64,000 nt of DNA from Eledone cirrhosa (Eukaryota): positions 155,372,001 through 155,436,000 of the forward strand of contig OZ024741.1 in assembly GCA_964016885.1 (NCBI GenBank), written 5' to 3'. Positions 13,746 through 28,394 of this stretch are shown in pieces (position 1 is the stretch's first letter; the number at the start of each line of letters is the position of its first letter). The position numbers and the translations under genes are program-made. The notes beneath the pieces were generated by a model. The model saw only the letters and a program-made list of their open reading frames with translations, made no database searches and was not told the origin of the DNA.

Positions 13746-13788
13746 ATGCTGTACTAGTTTCAAGCTTATTAGCTATCGTCAGCAACGT
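13746..13788 (-). ncRNA. Minimal type I hammerhead ribozyme
   Basis: Reverse complement reads acgttg CTGACGA t agct aata agct t GAAA ctag TA cagcat. Confidence 0.85.
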
Positions 13789-14754
13789 ATACCTTCCTGC
13801 CAGATGATTGAACGTCTGAAAGTATATACTTTCCTTATGCATATTAACGGCTTAGCAGCCTAATTTTCATATCGAGTGAGTTAATCGGCCGGGGTACCGA
13901 AAACGATAAACGGAAAAAATGAAGCAAAATTTCATTTCTCACTCTTAGTACGGCTGTTACTTAAATATAAGTACGTATACGTACATACATATATGTATAC
14001 AGACGTACAGTAGTATGTATATATATATACATACATGCACACATATATATATGTACGTATGGATTGACGGAACATTTATTATAATGCTCGGTGTGTTTGT
14101 AAACAAACATTCCGTATTAAGTCGTAGTGTCTAGCAACCATCGTTGCTCATTTGTTCAACACTGACAAAGGAACGCTGTACTAGTTTCAAGCTTATTAGC
14201 GGACAGCTAACCAAAAGACACTCCACAGACATGACAGCCACTGCAGGCTAGCCAACTGCCCCATCAACGACACAGACCTATGCCACCACGCTTACGTCGT
14301 ATACAGATTAGAGTGCGACAAATGCAGCAATTTGTACATAGGTAGCACCACCAGACCACTTCACATAAGAATAACAGAACACCTCAATACTAACGCTTCC
14401 TCATTTAAGAAAAACCTAGTGAAATGCAAAAACACTGACAAAAACATAATAGCTAGGATAGAAGCTAAGGAAAGAAACCTCGGCAATCTTAGAATTAAAG
14501 AAGCAAAACACAACCACCAATCAATAACAGACTAAAACTCAACACCCAATTTTTAACATGATAGAGCATCTAGCCCTACACTTACACCTCCACAAACCCT
14601 CTTCACACACACACACACCCACGCATGCACACACACACACGCTTACACCTCCACTTATTCTCTCACACACACACACATACACACACAAAGACCAGTTTTA
14701 ACATGATAGAGCATCTAGCCCCCACATTTACATATAAACATATCCTCTCACACT

Positions 14755-14806
<52 letters not shown>

Positions 14807-15004
14807 CACACGCATGCTTACACCTTCACATATTCTCCCACACACACTTAAACATACATTTCCAAACCCCCTTTTAAAGGGAGACAACTCTTTATCCACC
14901 TAACCTTCACTCTTTGACATTAGAAATAGAATGGCATTTCTATACCATTTCCTGTCAGCATGACTTGGCAAGCTAATTAGAACACTGGATTAACCCCTTT
15001 ACTT

Positions 15005-15041
15005 CCCTCCGAAGAAGAGATATTATCTCGAAAATTAAGGA
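15005..15041 (+). ncRNA. Putative very minimal or degenerate hammerhead with CCGAAGA core
   Basis: cct CCGAAGA a gagat att atctc GAAA at TA agg. Stems I and III are weak. Confidence 0.45.
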
Positions 15042-15192
15042 TATTCAAATAAATTTAAGGTAAAGACTAATTGTCAGCAATATCATTTGCATTTGTATTT
15101 AAATTCTATATCCATACCTGCATTGTTTTGGCCTTCTAACTCCAAACGTTTATAACTCATTACGCAATGGTTCAAGTAAACTACAATTTCCT

Positions 15193-15269
<77 letters not shown>

Positions 15270-15448
15270 AGGTCGTGACTTCTGGGATCCCATTGTGTCC
15301 CTTAACAAGAATCTTTATACGTTGCTTCAGTTCACTCGACTGGCAAAAGCCAGCTGTTCTGTTGATCGAAAATTAGAAACACTCATCGTGGAAACAGACG
15401 CAGGTCCAACACACACACACACACGCGCGCACACACGCATATATATAT

Positions 15449-15521
<73 letters not shown>

Positions 15522-15639
15522 GTGTGTGTGATTGTAAGTAGATGTAATTAACATGAGTAATTTAAGAAATTTTTTAAATATCAAAAATAAATTTCCAATT
15601 ACTATTAACTAATTAATTTTTGCGTCTCTGAAACATTAA

Positions 15640-15925
15640 CAACAATAACAGTAACAACAATATCACCACAACATTAACAGCAACCACAACCACTTTCATC
15701 CCAACACACAACAACAGCAATATCAACAATAATAACAAAAACTACCACCACTGAAACCACCACCACCATCATCACCACCTCCGACACCACCACCAACATC
15801 ACTACCACCACTACTACCACCACCACTACCACCACCACCACCACCACCACTACCACCACTGCCACTGCCACTGCCATCACCACCGCCACCACCACCAAAG
15901 CAACAACAACAACTACACCATCACC
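15640..15925. repeat. (CAA)n/(CCA)n low-complexity trinucleotide tract
   Basis: Seen directly in the sequence. Confidence 0.9.
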
Positions 15926-15974
15926 AAATTAACGTTAAAAGAATCAACTGAACTAACAACAATAGTGGTATTAA

Positions 15975-16780
15975 TTGTTTCTCTTATAGTCACAAGGTCA
16001 GTAATTTGGGGGCAAAAGGGAAAATCGATTGTATTTATGCAGTACTGGTATTTTTATTTTATCGTTTTCCGAAGGATGAAAGGGAAAGTTAACCATAATG
16101 GGATTTGAACCAGGAACGCAAAGGGTCGTAACTAGGTGACTCCAAGCATTTGGTCTGACATTCTAAGGATTCTGCCAATACACAATTCCCAATCATAATA
16201 ATGATTTCTGATTTAAGCACAAGGCCAACAATTCTTTATGGAAGGGGAATCGATTAAATCGACCTCAGCGCATTACTGGCACTGTATTTTATCGACCTCG
16301 TAGGGATAAAAGGCAAAACAAACCTCGGCGGGATTTGTAACATCACCACCACCACCAATAATAATAATAATTGTTTCTACTTTTGGCACAAGGCCAGCAA
16401 TTATCCAAGTGTATGGCTGGTACTTTATTTTATCGACCTCGTAAGGATGAAAGGCAAAGTTAACCTCGGCGGGATTTGAACTCAGATCATAAAGGGCCGC
16501 AACTCTATCTGTCAAAGCATGGCGCCCGACCCTCTATCGATACTGCCAATCCACCAATAATAATAATAATGATTTCTACTTTAGGCACAAAGCCAGTAAT
16601 TTGGGGGCAGGGGAAAGTCGATTAAATTGACCCCAGCGTATTATTGGAACTATATTTTATCGATCTCGTAAGGATGAAAGGCAAAGTTAACATCGGCAGG
16701 ATTTGAACTCAGTCCGCAAAGGGACGTAACTGTGCTGCAAAGGATGGCGTCCACCCTCTACCGATGCTGCCAATCCACAG
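15975..16780 (-). mobile_element. Four head-to-tail family-A SINEs separated by (TAA)n (about 15975-16185, 16200-16337, 16368-16556, 16568-16780)
   Basis: Repeated gcacaaggccagcaatt...tttatcgacctcgtaaggatgaaaggcaaagttaacctcggcgggatttgaactcag. Confidence 0.85.
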
Positions 16781-16814
16781 TGCTAATAATAATAATAATA
16801 ATAATAATAAAATC

Positions 16815-17585
16815 GTAATTACCAGGCCAATGTGATGAGAAACGGAATAAACCCAAAGTGCCGATTCTGCAATGCTGGGGTTGAAACAGTGGATCACTTA
16901 GTCTCTGGATGTAAAGTTTTAGCACCAGTAGAATACAAATATAGACATGACTGAGTTGGCCAATATCTACACTGGGTAATATGTCGGCATTACAAAATCA
17001 AAGGCTGTAACTGAAGGACAAAAAGTAACAATTCTCTGGGACTTTCCTGTACGTACTGACAGGACCATAAAAGCAAATAGACCTGACGTCATTATAAAAG
17101 ATCAACATAACAAGGTCTGTTTAGTGATAGATATGAGCATCCCAAATGATCACAATATCGCGGCTAAAGAATTTGACAAGCTACGAAAATATAAAGATCT
17201 GCTTATTGAAATTGAGAAAATGTGGCACCTCAAGGCCGTTACAATACCAGTGATTGTGGGAGGACTGGGAATGATCAAGAAAGGAACAGAACAATATTTG
17301 CGAATGATTCCTGGTTTACCCTCTCTGCACGAGGTGCAAAAAATTGTTTTGACTGGTACTGCACACGTATTGAGAAGAACACTATATCTGTAAGATTGAT
17401 ATCCCTCCTTGTATTTACATATGCATATGCACATGTGTATATATGTATACTGTTTTTTTTTATTTACTATAATCAATGTGCTGTATTAACTGGCTTACCA
17501 ATGCACACTGTGAATTTATTTGCCCTAGGTGTCAGGAAGACACTCGGCATATATCTCAGAAACAATAATGAAAGAAAATAAAAAT
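16815..17585 (+). mobile_element. R4/Dong-like LINE 3' fragment (CCHC zinc finger plus restriction-like endonuclease)
   Basis: KCRFCNAGVETVDHLVSGC, YRHD, WDFPVRTDRTIKANRPD, IDMSIP..KYKDL. Flanked by (TAA)n. Confidence 0.85.
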
Positions 17586-17611
17586 AACAACAACAATAAT
17601 AATAATAATGA

Positions 17612-20600
17612 TTTCTTTATTGGCCACAAGGGCTGGCATCAAGAAAACATTACAGACGATACAGGACGGTACGATGTGGGTTTTGTTCGTGTAAATTTTT
17701 TATTATTTATATAATAAAAGAAAAAGAAAAAGGCATAGAAACATATATATATATATAAACAATAAAAATGAAAATTGAAACAATGAAAAATTCCCCAATA
17801 GGGGGGAAAGCTCCGAGGGTTACTCGTGGCGAAAACCACACAAAAGACCACGGCCACCCTGACCACCAGGGCAAGCGCCCTCTCTCAATTTTTCCATTTC
17901 TCAAACTACAGGCGTATATTCAGAGCGGTCCATTCAGAGCGTATATTCACTCGGACCATTCTCGCTACATTCACCCACCTTTCAACAAACTTGCTAGAAG
18001 GCAGCACTTGCCTCTCCACCCTGATTTTCCTCTTCAAATGAAACTTGAAAAAGTTAATTAGGGATTCGCCGAAGAGGGGGGTATCTGTCATAAAACTTTT
18101 CAACCTTGTCCACCACACAATCTCTTTCGCCATGGCCACCAGGCAGATGAAAACCGCCTGCTCTTCCTCCTCGAAGGAAGACGGCGAGACCATCTGCACA
18201 ATGGACTCAGTCGATAACCGGATCAGTCCTACACGCGACAGCAACTGTTCGACATAGCTCCACAAGTCAGCAATACTCGGACACTGAACGAGTGCGTGCA
18301 CGACGTTTTCGTCGCTCTGCGCGCATCTCCGACAGGCTCGATTGACGGCACTTCCGTGCCTGTAGAGCTTATATCGAACCGGCAACGCTCCCCGGTAGCA
18401 CTGCCAGGCCAGGAATTTTTGGAAGTTATCCATAGGCCCTGGGCTGAAAGTTCTCCGGAAGAGAGCAATCAGCTGATCTTCGACGCCCAGGATCTCTCCG
18501 AGAACGTCGTCGCTCTTCCCCTCCACTAGTCCTCTATAGAACGCCGAAGTGGATGTTCCACCGATACTGGTGCCCAGCTAGCAGAGGGCAATCAGCGCCT
18601 GGAAACATTCCAGTTTCCAAGCGCTATCCCTCGGTCTTTTCATCATCCAGGACTGCAGCTCCGTCAAGGAGACGAACTGTGGGAAAACGTGCCTGGCGAA
18701 CGGCGACCACACCTGTTCACCGTCAAGGAAGCACCAGAGATGTCGCAGCCTCAGCGCATGTTTGCGCATCATCAGCCATGGCATGCCCAGTCCTCCACGC
18801 AACGGGTGTTGACAGCAAATGGATCGTCTGACCATGGGAGCGCTCTTCCACAAAAAGCGGAAGAGGAGGCGCTCCATTTTGGTGAGAGTTGGGCCGAGGC
18901 AAGGGACGTCGGTGAGGCGGTAGCAGATGACAGATGCGATGTACGCATTCGCCACCTCCTTTCAGGGACAGCTTCCTCTCGGCCCATTTCTGGGTGAGGG
19001 AGGCCACCTTGCTCGTCACCTCGCTCCAGTTTTTCTCCATCTGGAGGTCCGGTCCGAACCAGACACCGAGCAATTTAACCGGTCCGTCCGTCCAACGCCC
19101 CACGACGCTGTCGGACGGCATGGACTTGCCTCTCCAGCTGCCGAGCTGCAAGCCCATCGACTTTTCCTGGTTTATCTTTGCTCCTGTCACCGCTTCGTAT
19201 TCCTAGAGAGCGGTGCCGAGCATCGGGACGTTACTGGTGCTCGACACCACTAGGGTGATGTCGTCGGCGTAAGCCGATTCGGATTTCCCGCATCCTAGTT
19301 CGCGTGGGACGCCCCCCATCGCCCCCAATTTGTGCAGTAACGGCTCGAGAGGCAATACGTACAAGAGGGATGCTGCCAGTTGCAGTAGACGTCTGCCAAG
19401 AGGTCACCGAACAAGTCTGGCATAAATGCATAAAGCTCGTAGTGCAGACCATCCAAAACTGGCGATTTTCCCCTCGTGCAGTTAGCCATCGCTTCCCGTA
19501 TTTCACCGGATGGTTTTGGCTTTTCGCAACACTGTGCTGCGGTCGTCGAGAGCCGAGGCAGTCCGTCGAGGTATGCACTGAAGTCCATACCCCGATCCGG
19601 CCCGCCGCTGCTCCCGAACAGTTCAGCAAAGTGCTGCTGAAAGCTTCACACATCTGCTCAGGTTCGAGCAACACGCGCCCGTTTTGTTCAGATAAAGACC
19701 GAATTGTGGCTTTGTTGTCACGTCGCGCCTCTGCCACTTGGGCCCATTGGACGTCTTTTGGCCCCTCGTGTTTCAGAGCACGCGCTCTAGCTCTGACAAC
19801 GCAGCCTTCGTGTTTTGCGTTGAAGAATTGGTCGAGTGCCAATATCACCGCAAGAACGTCGGTTGCGATGCCTGTCCTAAACGCCTCTTCTAGCTTTCTT
19901 ACTAGCTCTCCCTCTACTCTATTTTCCTCTATCACTACTCCTTTGCTAAACCTAATCGACTCTACTTTAATTGCCCTTTTCAGGGCGAACCACCACCTGT
20001 TGTTGACGACCGCTCCCGTCAACGCCCGGTTAACTAATACGCTAATCCGGTCTCTGTAGACTTTGCGCGCCGGGAAAGACGAGTTCAGCTTCCAGTAACC
20101 GGGTCCTTGTCTATGAAGTCTGTCTATATCGATCTCACAGATCACAAATTTGTGGTCTGTGTTGTCGACTATTTTAAATTGTGGACAACTTATACTAGCC
20201 TTATCTAGTTCCCTACAGAATACCCTATCGAGATACGATCTGGATGACCCAATTCGGTTTGTCCATGTCCACATTGGCACATTCGGGTGATCCGGTCGAT
20301 ACCTGTCAAACAGTTCAAAACGTCTGAGCAGGTTGGTGAGGGTCTTGCACCCTCCTTCCCTATCCACTAGACCCACACAATCCCAGCGTGCATCCAAGAT
20401 ACCGTTCCAGTTGCCCACTAACACTAAAGAGCGGGACGTTCCAAGAAAGGTCTCTAGACGTCGGAAGAAATCTGGACGTCCTGTTCCTGTTGCGGCATAG
20501 ACGGCTACTAGCCTGAAAGCGTTGCCTTCCGTGCCGGTCACGTCAAGCACCACCGACTTATATTCTGGGTCTAGGAAGATGGCCCGTATGGCGAGATCCA

Positions 20601-22450
20601 AGCCTCTCCGAAAAAGGACGGCAACCCCTCCCCCCGATCCTGGACGGCTGGGAGATGCGTATACATCGTAGCCGCCGAAGATCGGTGCGAAGGCTCGTGC
20701 TTCGGAGATTCTGGACTCGCTGATGGCCACCACATCTATGTTTAGTGACCTGAGGTCGTTGAGCAGGTGACCCTGCTTCCAAGATGACCCCAGGCCACGT
20801 GCAATTATACTGCCTATTCTGAGTACAGCCATGTTGGATGAGAAACGGGGCAAGTGAGAAAGGGTCACTTACCTTGATCGTGTGGTGAAGGGACAGTAGA
20901 ACCGTCCCTTTGACTGGTCATGGGTGTTTCCAAGAGGATGTCAGTGTATATCCTCTTGGTAAACCGACCCTCTGAAGTCTCCAACTGCGTTGGGGAATTT
21001 TTGTTTTAAAAGTGTGTACTGTTCTATTGAGATTTCAATGATGCTTATGTTTGTCGGGTGAGTACTTGGTGTTGGTGGGGTGTAGTAGTTTTTTTCTGTG
21101 ATGTCTGTGTGCTTCTTTATATATTGTATGAGTTCTTTTTTTGCCATGTTTATGGCTGTGTTATGGCTATGTGGTTGCTGTTGGCGGTGGTGCTTGTGGT
21201 GGTGAAGGTGATGGTGGTGGTGTGGCTGCAAGTTTCCTTGCTGCCTTTACGCCTCTTTGTGTGCCTTCGCTTTTGGAGGGCGAAGCTAAGGGGTTTTTTG
21301 TTTTTTGTGGCAGACCGTTTGCCACTTCACTCCCGCCTGGGACTCCATATCGGATTCCGTGGCGTCTGGGAGGGGTATGTGCTCTACGGCTGTTGGTGGT
21401 GGTAGTGGAGCCCTCTCAGGCAATTTTGTTGCTGGTGCAGCTACTGCAAATGTAGTTATTGGTGTTGCCGCCACTGATGCTGCTGCTTTAGTTGTCCGTG
21501 GCCTTGGTACGGGTGCCACGGACGTTGCCCTCCTACTCACCGTGGAGGAGGCTTCTGCGTTTGTTGCCTGCCCTGCTCTTGGTAGCAGCGGACCAGGTAT
21601 TGGAAGGAGAGGGGCTTTCTTCTTCGCTGACTTCTGCGGGCAAAAGGCCCTGAGGTGACCCTTTGACCCACAGAGATAACATTTTGGCCGTCTTCCTTCT
21701 ACGCTTATAGGAAGTTGGAGTCCTTCCACGACGTCTATGATATCGGGGATAGCGTCGATACATTCCTGGTCAGTTTGTATAAGCATTTGCATGCCTATAC
21801 CTGACCAGTTCTCTCTCCCTATTTTCTCTACTTGCAGCATGGTCGTCCTGTCCTCGATTCCAGCAAGGACAGACGCGGCCAGCCAAGGTATGGGCACGTC
21901 GGGTGGGACCTGGGTCACTTTGACTCTCACAATTTTCTGCCCGTAGTAGGATGGCACCAAGACTATCTCCTCAGTCTTTGGCGTACTTTCTGCCTCGGGT
22001 GAAGTGGGTTTTGTGTGCCCAGACGAACCCCAAGGCCTTTTGGATTTGAGCCTCCGTGGCTCTCTCCACCCGATGTGAAATTTTGCTTACGTTGCGGTAA
22101 GTCACCGACCGTAGCTGTTGGACCTTGAAAAAAATCGGGTTGAGGTTTCAGGGACACTCTATTGGCGCTTCTTGTCACCATGGCCCTTGCGACTGCCATC
22201 TCCTCCTCTGTGACTAACACTGTTTCGATATTTCGGGCGACACCTGCAAAAGAAGTGGTTCCTTTTTCAGGAGCACCACTATTGCTGCCGCTATTGGTCT
22301 TACTGTTGGTGCTGAGATCGCTGTTACAGGTATCGATGTCATTGTTGATGATTTCGTTGATACTGTTGTTGGTGTTGTTGTTGTTTTCGTTGATATTGTT
22401 GCTGTTGTTGCTGTTATTGTGGCTAATTATTATTATTGTATCTCAAGTTT
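17612..22450 (-). mobile_element. Tx1-like LINE copy 2 (ORF1 ~20869-22400; ORF2 17906-20832 with an RT-core deletion near 19370)
   Basis: ORF1 knuckle CYLCGSKGHLRAFC, APE motifs, C-terminal CRRC..HALVQC, 3' end cccttgtggccaataaagaaatca(tta)n. Confidence 0.92.
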
Positions 22451-22567
22451 CCTCAAAATGTTTAATTCAAATATTAAGGAAATATGTTAACATATGAAAC
22501 ATAGGTGACAAACCGCATAGATATACAGATCAAACAAACGCATACTAACTACAGTCTATGACTCAAA

Positions 22568-22603
<36 letters not shown>

Positions 22604-22605
22604 TG

Positions 22606-25600
22606 CTTTCTTTATTAACCACAAGGGTTTACATAAAGTAGATATTAAGGACAGTACAGGACAATACAGGACGGTACAAATGGGCATTTCTGCGTGCAAA
22701 AAACAAAAACAGAAGATGTAACAAAAAAATAACAATGAAAACTTCCCCAATACGGGGGAGACTTCCGAGGGACATTCGTGGATGAAGCCCATTAAAAAGC
22801 CACAGTGACCCTGACCACTAGGGCAAGTGCCCTCTACCAGTTTTCCACCTTTAATTTACAGACACATACTCAGAGTAGGCCCATTCACTCAGGCCATTCT
22901 TGCCTCTCTCACCCATCTTTCAACAAAATTCTGGGAAGAGAGCACTTCCCCCTTTACCCTGATTTTCCTTTTCAAATGAAATTTGAAAAAGTTAATCAGG
23001 GCATCACCGAAGAGGTAAGTGCTCGTCTTCAGCCCTTTCAAACGTGTCCACCATACTATCTCTTTCGCCATGGCCACCAGACAGATAAAATCTGCCGGCT
23101 GAAGGAAGAGGGTGGGGCAATCCTCACTATGGACTCAGCTGATAGCTGGATCCGTCCTACACGCGACAGCAGGTGTTCGACATAAACCCACAAGTCAGCA
23201 ATGCTCGGACACTGGACGAGTGCGTGCAGGACGGTTTCGTTGCCCTGTGCGCATCTCGGACATGCTCCATGCCTGTAGAGTTTATCCCGAACTGGCAAAG
23301 ATCCTCGGTAGCACTGCTAGGCCAGGGATTTCTGGAAGTTGTCCATAGGCCCCGGCCCGAAAGTTCTTCCGAAGAGATTGGCTAGTTGATTTTCGTCGAC
23401 GTCTAGAGTTTCCCCAAGTACGTCGTCGCTCTTCCACTCCACTAATCCTCTATAGAACGCCAAGGTGGAGTTTCCACCGATCACATTGCCCGATTGGTCG
23501 AGGGCTGTAAGCGCCTGAAGACATTCCAGTCTCCAAACGCTCCCTCTCGGTCTTCGTTTGACCCAGGACTGCAGCTCCGTAAAGGAGACGCGCTGGGGAA
23601 AGACGCATCTAGCAAACGGCGACCACACCTAATCACCGTCAAGGAAGAGGTGGAGATGTTGTAGCCTGAGCGCGTGTCTGCGCATCATCAGCCACGGCAT
23701 GCCCAGCCCTCCACGTAGTGGGTGTTGACAGTAGATGGACCGCCTGACCATCGGAGCGCGTCCCTTCCACAAAAAGCGAAAGAGCAAACGCTCCAGCGCA
23801 GTCAGGCGGGGCTTAGGACAAGGTACGACGGTCAGGCGGTAGTAGATGACGGACGCGATGTACGCGTTAGCCACCTCCGCCCGACCTTTGAGGGATAGCT
23901 TCCTCTCCGCCCATTTCTGAGTGAGAGAAGCCACCCTGCTCGTCACATCGTCCCAGTTTTTGTCCGTCTGGAAGTCCCGACCGAACCTGACCCCTAGCAA
24001 TTTAACCCGTCCGTCCGTCCAGCGCTCGACGACGTTGTTGGACGGCATGGACATGCCTCTCCAGGTGCCGAGATGCAGGCCCACTGACTTTTCTTGGTTG
24101 ACCATTGCTCCTGTCACTGCTTCGTATTCTCTTAGTGTATGCCGATCGCCTCGATGTGTTTGGCGTTCGACACCACTACGGTGACGTTGTCCGCATATGC
24201 TGACACGGATCTTCCGCATCCTAGTTCGCGCGGGACCCGTTCAACGTCTCCAGTTTGTGCAGTAATGGCTCGAGAGTCAATACGTACCAGAGGGAGGAGA
24301 GGGGACATCCTTGGCGGACCGAGTGCATCATGTTGAACGGTTCCGAAAGGTGACCGTTCACTCTCACCACGGAGCAGATGTCGCTGTGCATGGCAGCGAT
24401 CCAGCCTCTGAAGACGGGCCCAAAGCCAGCCGCCTTCAGGACAGCCGCTAGGTAACGATGGTCGACCCAATCGAAAGCTTTCGACTGATTTAAATTGATC
24501 AAGGACCCACCCGTGCCAGGTTCCTTAGCTACCCCCTCCACGATGTATCGCATGAGGTGGAGGCTGTCGTGGATGGATCTGTCGGGAATGGCGCATGTCT
24601 GCGCCTCTCTCACCAGACCACCAACGACAAGCGCCAACCTCTTTGCTAGCACCTTGACCAAAATCTTGAACTCTGTATTTAGCAGATTTATGGGCCTGAA
24701 ATTATCTATGTTATCCCCCTTGTTCGGATCCTTTCTCAGCAGCGCCACAGCTCCTCGGCTCACAGAGCTTGGAATTCTCCTGTTCTGTTGCCAGTTGCAG
24801 TAGACGTCCGCCAAGAGGCCCCCGAACATGTCTGGCATCTGTACGTAAAGTTCATAGGGGAGACCATCCAAACCAGGCGATTTACCCCTTGTGCAGCCAG
24901 GCTTGCCTCCCGTACTACAGCGGCTGTTATCGGCTTTTCGCAACCGTCCGCCTCAGTGGGCGACAGCTGCGGCAGTCCCTCGAGGTAGACACTAAAGTCC
25001 ATCCCTCGATCCGGCCCGCCACTGCCCCCGAACAGCTGAGCGAAGTGTCGCTGAAAAGCTTCACACATTTGCCGGGGATCGAGTAGCATGCGCCCGTCGT
25101 GGTCCACCAAAGACCGGATCGTGGCTTTGTTGCTACGACGCGCCTCCGTCACTAGAGCCATTGAACGGCTTTCGTCCCCTAGTGTCTGAGAGCACGCACC
25201 GTAGCTCGGACAACGCATCCTTCGTGCTTTGCATTGAAGAATTGGTCAAGGGCCAATTTCGCCGCAAGCACGTCGGTCGCGATGCCTTTTCTAAGCGCCT
25301 CGTCTAATTTTCTAACTAGTTCTCACTCTGCTCTAGTTTTCTCTATTACGAAAGCCTTACTAAACCTAATGGACTCTGTTCTAATCGTTCTTTGCAGAGC
25401 AAACCACCACTTGTTGACGATGGCCCCGTCAACGCCCGCTCAACTAGTTCGCTAATCCGGTCTCTGTAGGCCTTGCGCGCTGGTAAGGACCCGTTTAGCT
25501 TCCAGTAGCCGGGGCTTCGTCTATGAAGGCTATCTAAGTCAAGCACACAGATCACGAATTTGAGGTCTGTGTATCTGACTATCTTGAATTGTGGACAGCC

Positions 25601-28394
25601 TATGCTATACTTTTCTATTTACCTACAAAATACTCTATCTAGATATGATCTGGATGCGGTTTGTCCAAGTCCATATTGGCACATTCGGGAAATCCAATCG
25701 GTACCTGTCAGACAGTTCAAAACGCCTGAGCAGGTTGGCGAGGCTCTTGCATCCTCCTCCCCTATCCGCTAATCCCACATAGTCCCAGCGTGCATCTAAG
25801 ATCCCGTTCCAGTCGCCCACTAACACTAAAGAGCGGCGTGTTCCTAGAAAGGTTTCCAGACGCCGGAAGAAATCAGGCCGCCCTGCTCCTGTCGTGGCAT
25901 AGACAGCCACTAGCCTGAAAGCTTGCCCGTCTCCGCTGGTCACGTCCAGCACCACCAACTTACCTTCTGGGTCCAGGAAGATGGCCCGTATGGCAAGATC
26001 CAAATCTTTCCGAAAAAGCACAGCAACTCCACCCCCCCGATCCAGGACGGCTGGGAGATGCCTACACATCGTAGCCGCCGAAGATCGGTGCCAAGGACCG
26101 TGCTTCGGAGATTTTGGTCTCGCTGATGGCCACTACATCTATGTTTAGTGACCTGAGGTCGTTGAGCAGGTGGCCCTGCTCCCATGACGACTCCATGCCA
26201 CGCGCATTTATGCTGCCTATTCTGAGTGATTCATGTTGAAATGGAGTGGAAAAGATGGGAAAGAACACTTACCTTACCTCTTGTAGAGGAAGGATGGTTT
26301 CTCCATCCGTTTCACTGTCTGTGGACTCCTCCGGAAGGATGTCCTTATAAATCCTCCTGGAGAGTGCTTGTTGGAAGTCTCCGATGTGTTTGGGGAATTT
26401 TTGTTTTAGTGTCGTGTACGTTTTCTGTGTGATTCGAGTGATTTGTATGTGTGGAGGTGGTGTGAACTTTTGGGTTGTTGTGTAGTCTTTTTCTGTGATG
26501 CTGGTGTTGTGTTGGATGTAGTGTAACAATTGGTTGTTGTTCAAATTTAATGCTGTGTAGTGTGTATTGTTTTGGTTGTTTTGTTTTGTTTGCGTTTGTT
26601 GTGGGTTTGTTTCTGTTTCGCTTTTTGGTGACTTTGTGGTGTTGGTGATGGTGATGATGGTGTTGGTGTTTGTGGTGATGGTGTTGGTGATGCTGGTGTG
26701 GATGGTGGCATAGCTCTCCTAACCTTTTGGTTTGATAGTTTATTTGTTTCCCTCTGTATTTTGTTTTTGGAGGGGGAAGGAAGAGGATTGTTTCTTTTTT
26801 GGCTTCTTTTCTTTTTTTCTTTTTTCCTGATACCGTTTCGCACTCCTCGCCGTCACAATCTGTTTCCAGTTGCGATAGGTTGGGGAGTGGAAAATCCTCC
26901 ACAGGCGTTGGTTTTGGTTATGGCGTGGTGGATGGTGTAGGCGCTGGTGCTAGTTCTGGCGCGTTGGGTGGTGGTGGTGTTTGTTCTGCTACTGTTGCTG
27001 GGATTGTTGCTGTTCCAGTTGCTTCTGTTGTTGCTGCTACAGTTGTTGCTGCCATTTCTGCTGCTGGTGGTGTTGATGGTTGAGTCACTGGGGTGGATAA
27101 GAGAGGTGGCCTCAACCTTTTGGCCTGAGGGCAGAAAACCCTTAGGTGGATTCCTTCACCACAAACGACACACCTTGGCCTTCTGCCCTCGACGATTACG
27201 GCGAGGTGGCTGCAGTCAGTGAGGTCTATTACCTCTGGGATCTCAATGCTTTTTTGGTCCGCTTGGATCAGGAGCTCCATCCCAGATCCGGACCAGTTCT
27301 CCTGCTTTTCTTTTGCTATTTCGATTATCTTGGTGTTGGCCTCGATGTCGGCGAGGACGGCAGCCATTATCCAGGGAATTTCGATGGCCGGTGGAACGTG
27401 GGTCACCCTGGTCTTCACGAGTCTCTGGCCACAATAGTGTGAAATCGTCACTTCCTAATGGGGCCATGGAGTGTTCTGTGGCCTCCTGTGGTGTTCCAAA
27501 GAACATGTCCACGGTTCCATATTTCTGCCTACGTCTGATGTGGTTTTTTTTGCCCACACATGTCCCAAAGCTCTTTGGATTTGGGACTCGGATGCCCGTT
27601 CCACTCGGCGCGATTTTATGTTAATCGTCCGATAAGACACGGTGCATAGGCACCGATGCTCCATTTTATTAGGTGGGTGGGTGGGGGGGGGGGAGGCTGA
27701 CCCTGTACCCATCTTTCTTTACCATTCTCTTGGCTTCATCTAATTCCTCATGAGCTACTTGGATTGCTTCGCACTTTTTTGCTGCTTTAGCAAAAGACAC
27801 GGTGGTTTTGTTATTCTCATTGTTGTTGTTGCTGTTGTTGTTATCGTTATTTTTGTTATTGTTATTTTTAGTTTCAGTTGTGCTGGTGGTGGCCTCAGTG
27901 GGGTTCGGTGTGGAAGAGTCCATTCTGGGTGAATCCATTTCGACGTCACGAGATAATTTATTCTTTTCTTTTGTTTCTGTTGTCGCTGTGGTGGTGGTGG
28001 GGGTGGCGGCTTCAATACCTGCAGTCATTGGTAATGGCGGGAAATGAATGTCTGCATGAGACAAATTTAAATAATTGCTACTGCTTATATATTTAGTGTT
28101 GGCAAACGTAGTAATATTTACAATGGTGGTGTCGGTGTGAGGTGTTAGTTTGTGAGGAAGGTGTGGCTATGAGTCGTCCATGATTTTTCAAAGAAATCTT
28201 TTTTTAAATAATTAGAAAAGTTTAAATTTTGGGCTCAAGGCCCCAATCTTTTTGAGTGTCCTTTTCCGAAAGCAAATTTTGTGACCTTATAAACAGTTAA
28301 CAACAAACATTTTCCATAAATGGCAATTTTAAACAAACGAAAACAACAAACCTTTGCTGAGCTCACGATGATACGATTTCCTACGTATGTCGCC

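Larger units (their letters stand above)
13478..15200 (+). mobile_element. PLE fragment: two tandem minus-oriented pLTR-like copies (13478-13790 and 13908-14200), a GIY-YIG fragment (14200-14535) and a 3' region
   Basis: About 300-bp direct repeat, with a third copy at 32634-32946. Protein fragment VVYRLECDKCSNLYIGSTTRPLHIRITEH. Confidence 0.75.

Noticed and set aside
9372-27932. Antisense and alternate-frame ORFs over the Tx1 elements
   Set aside because: They are by-products of GC-rich coding sequence and have no motifs of their own.
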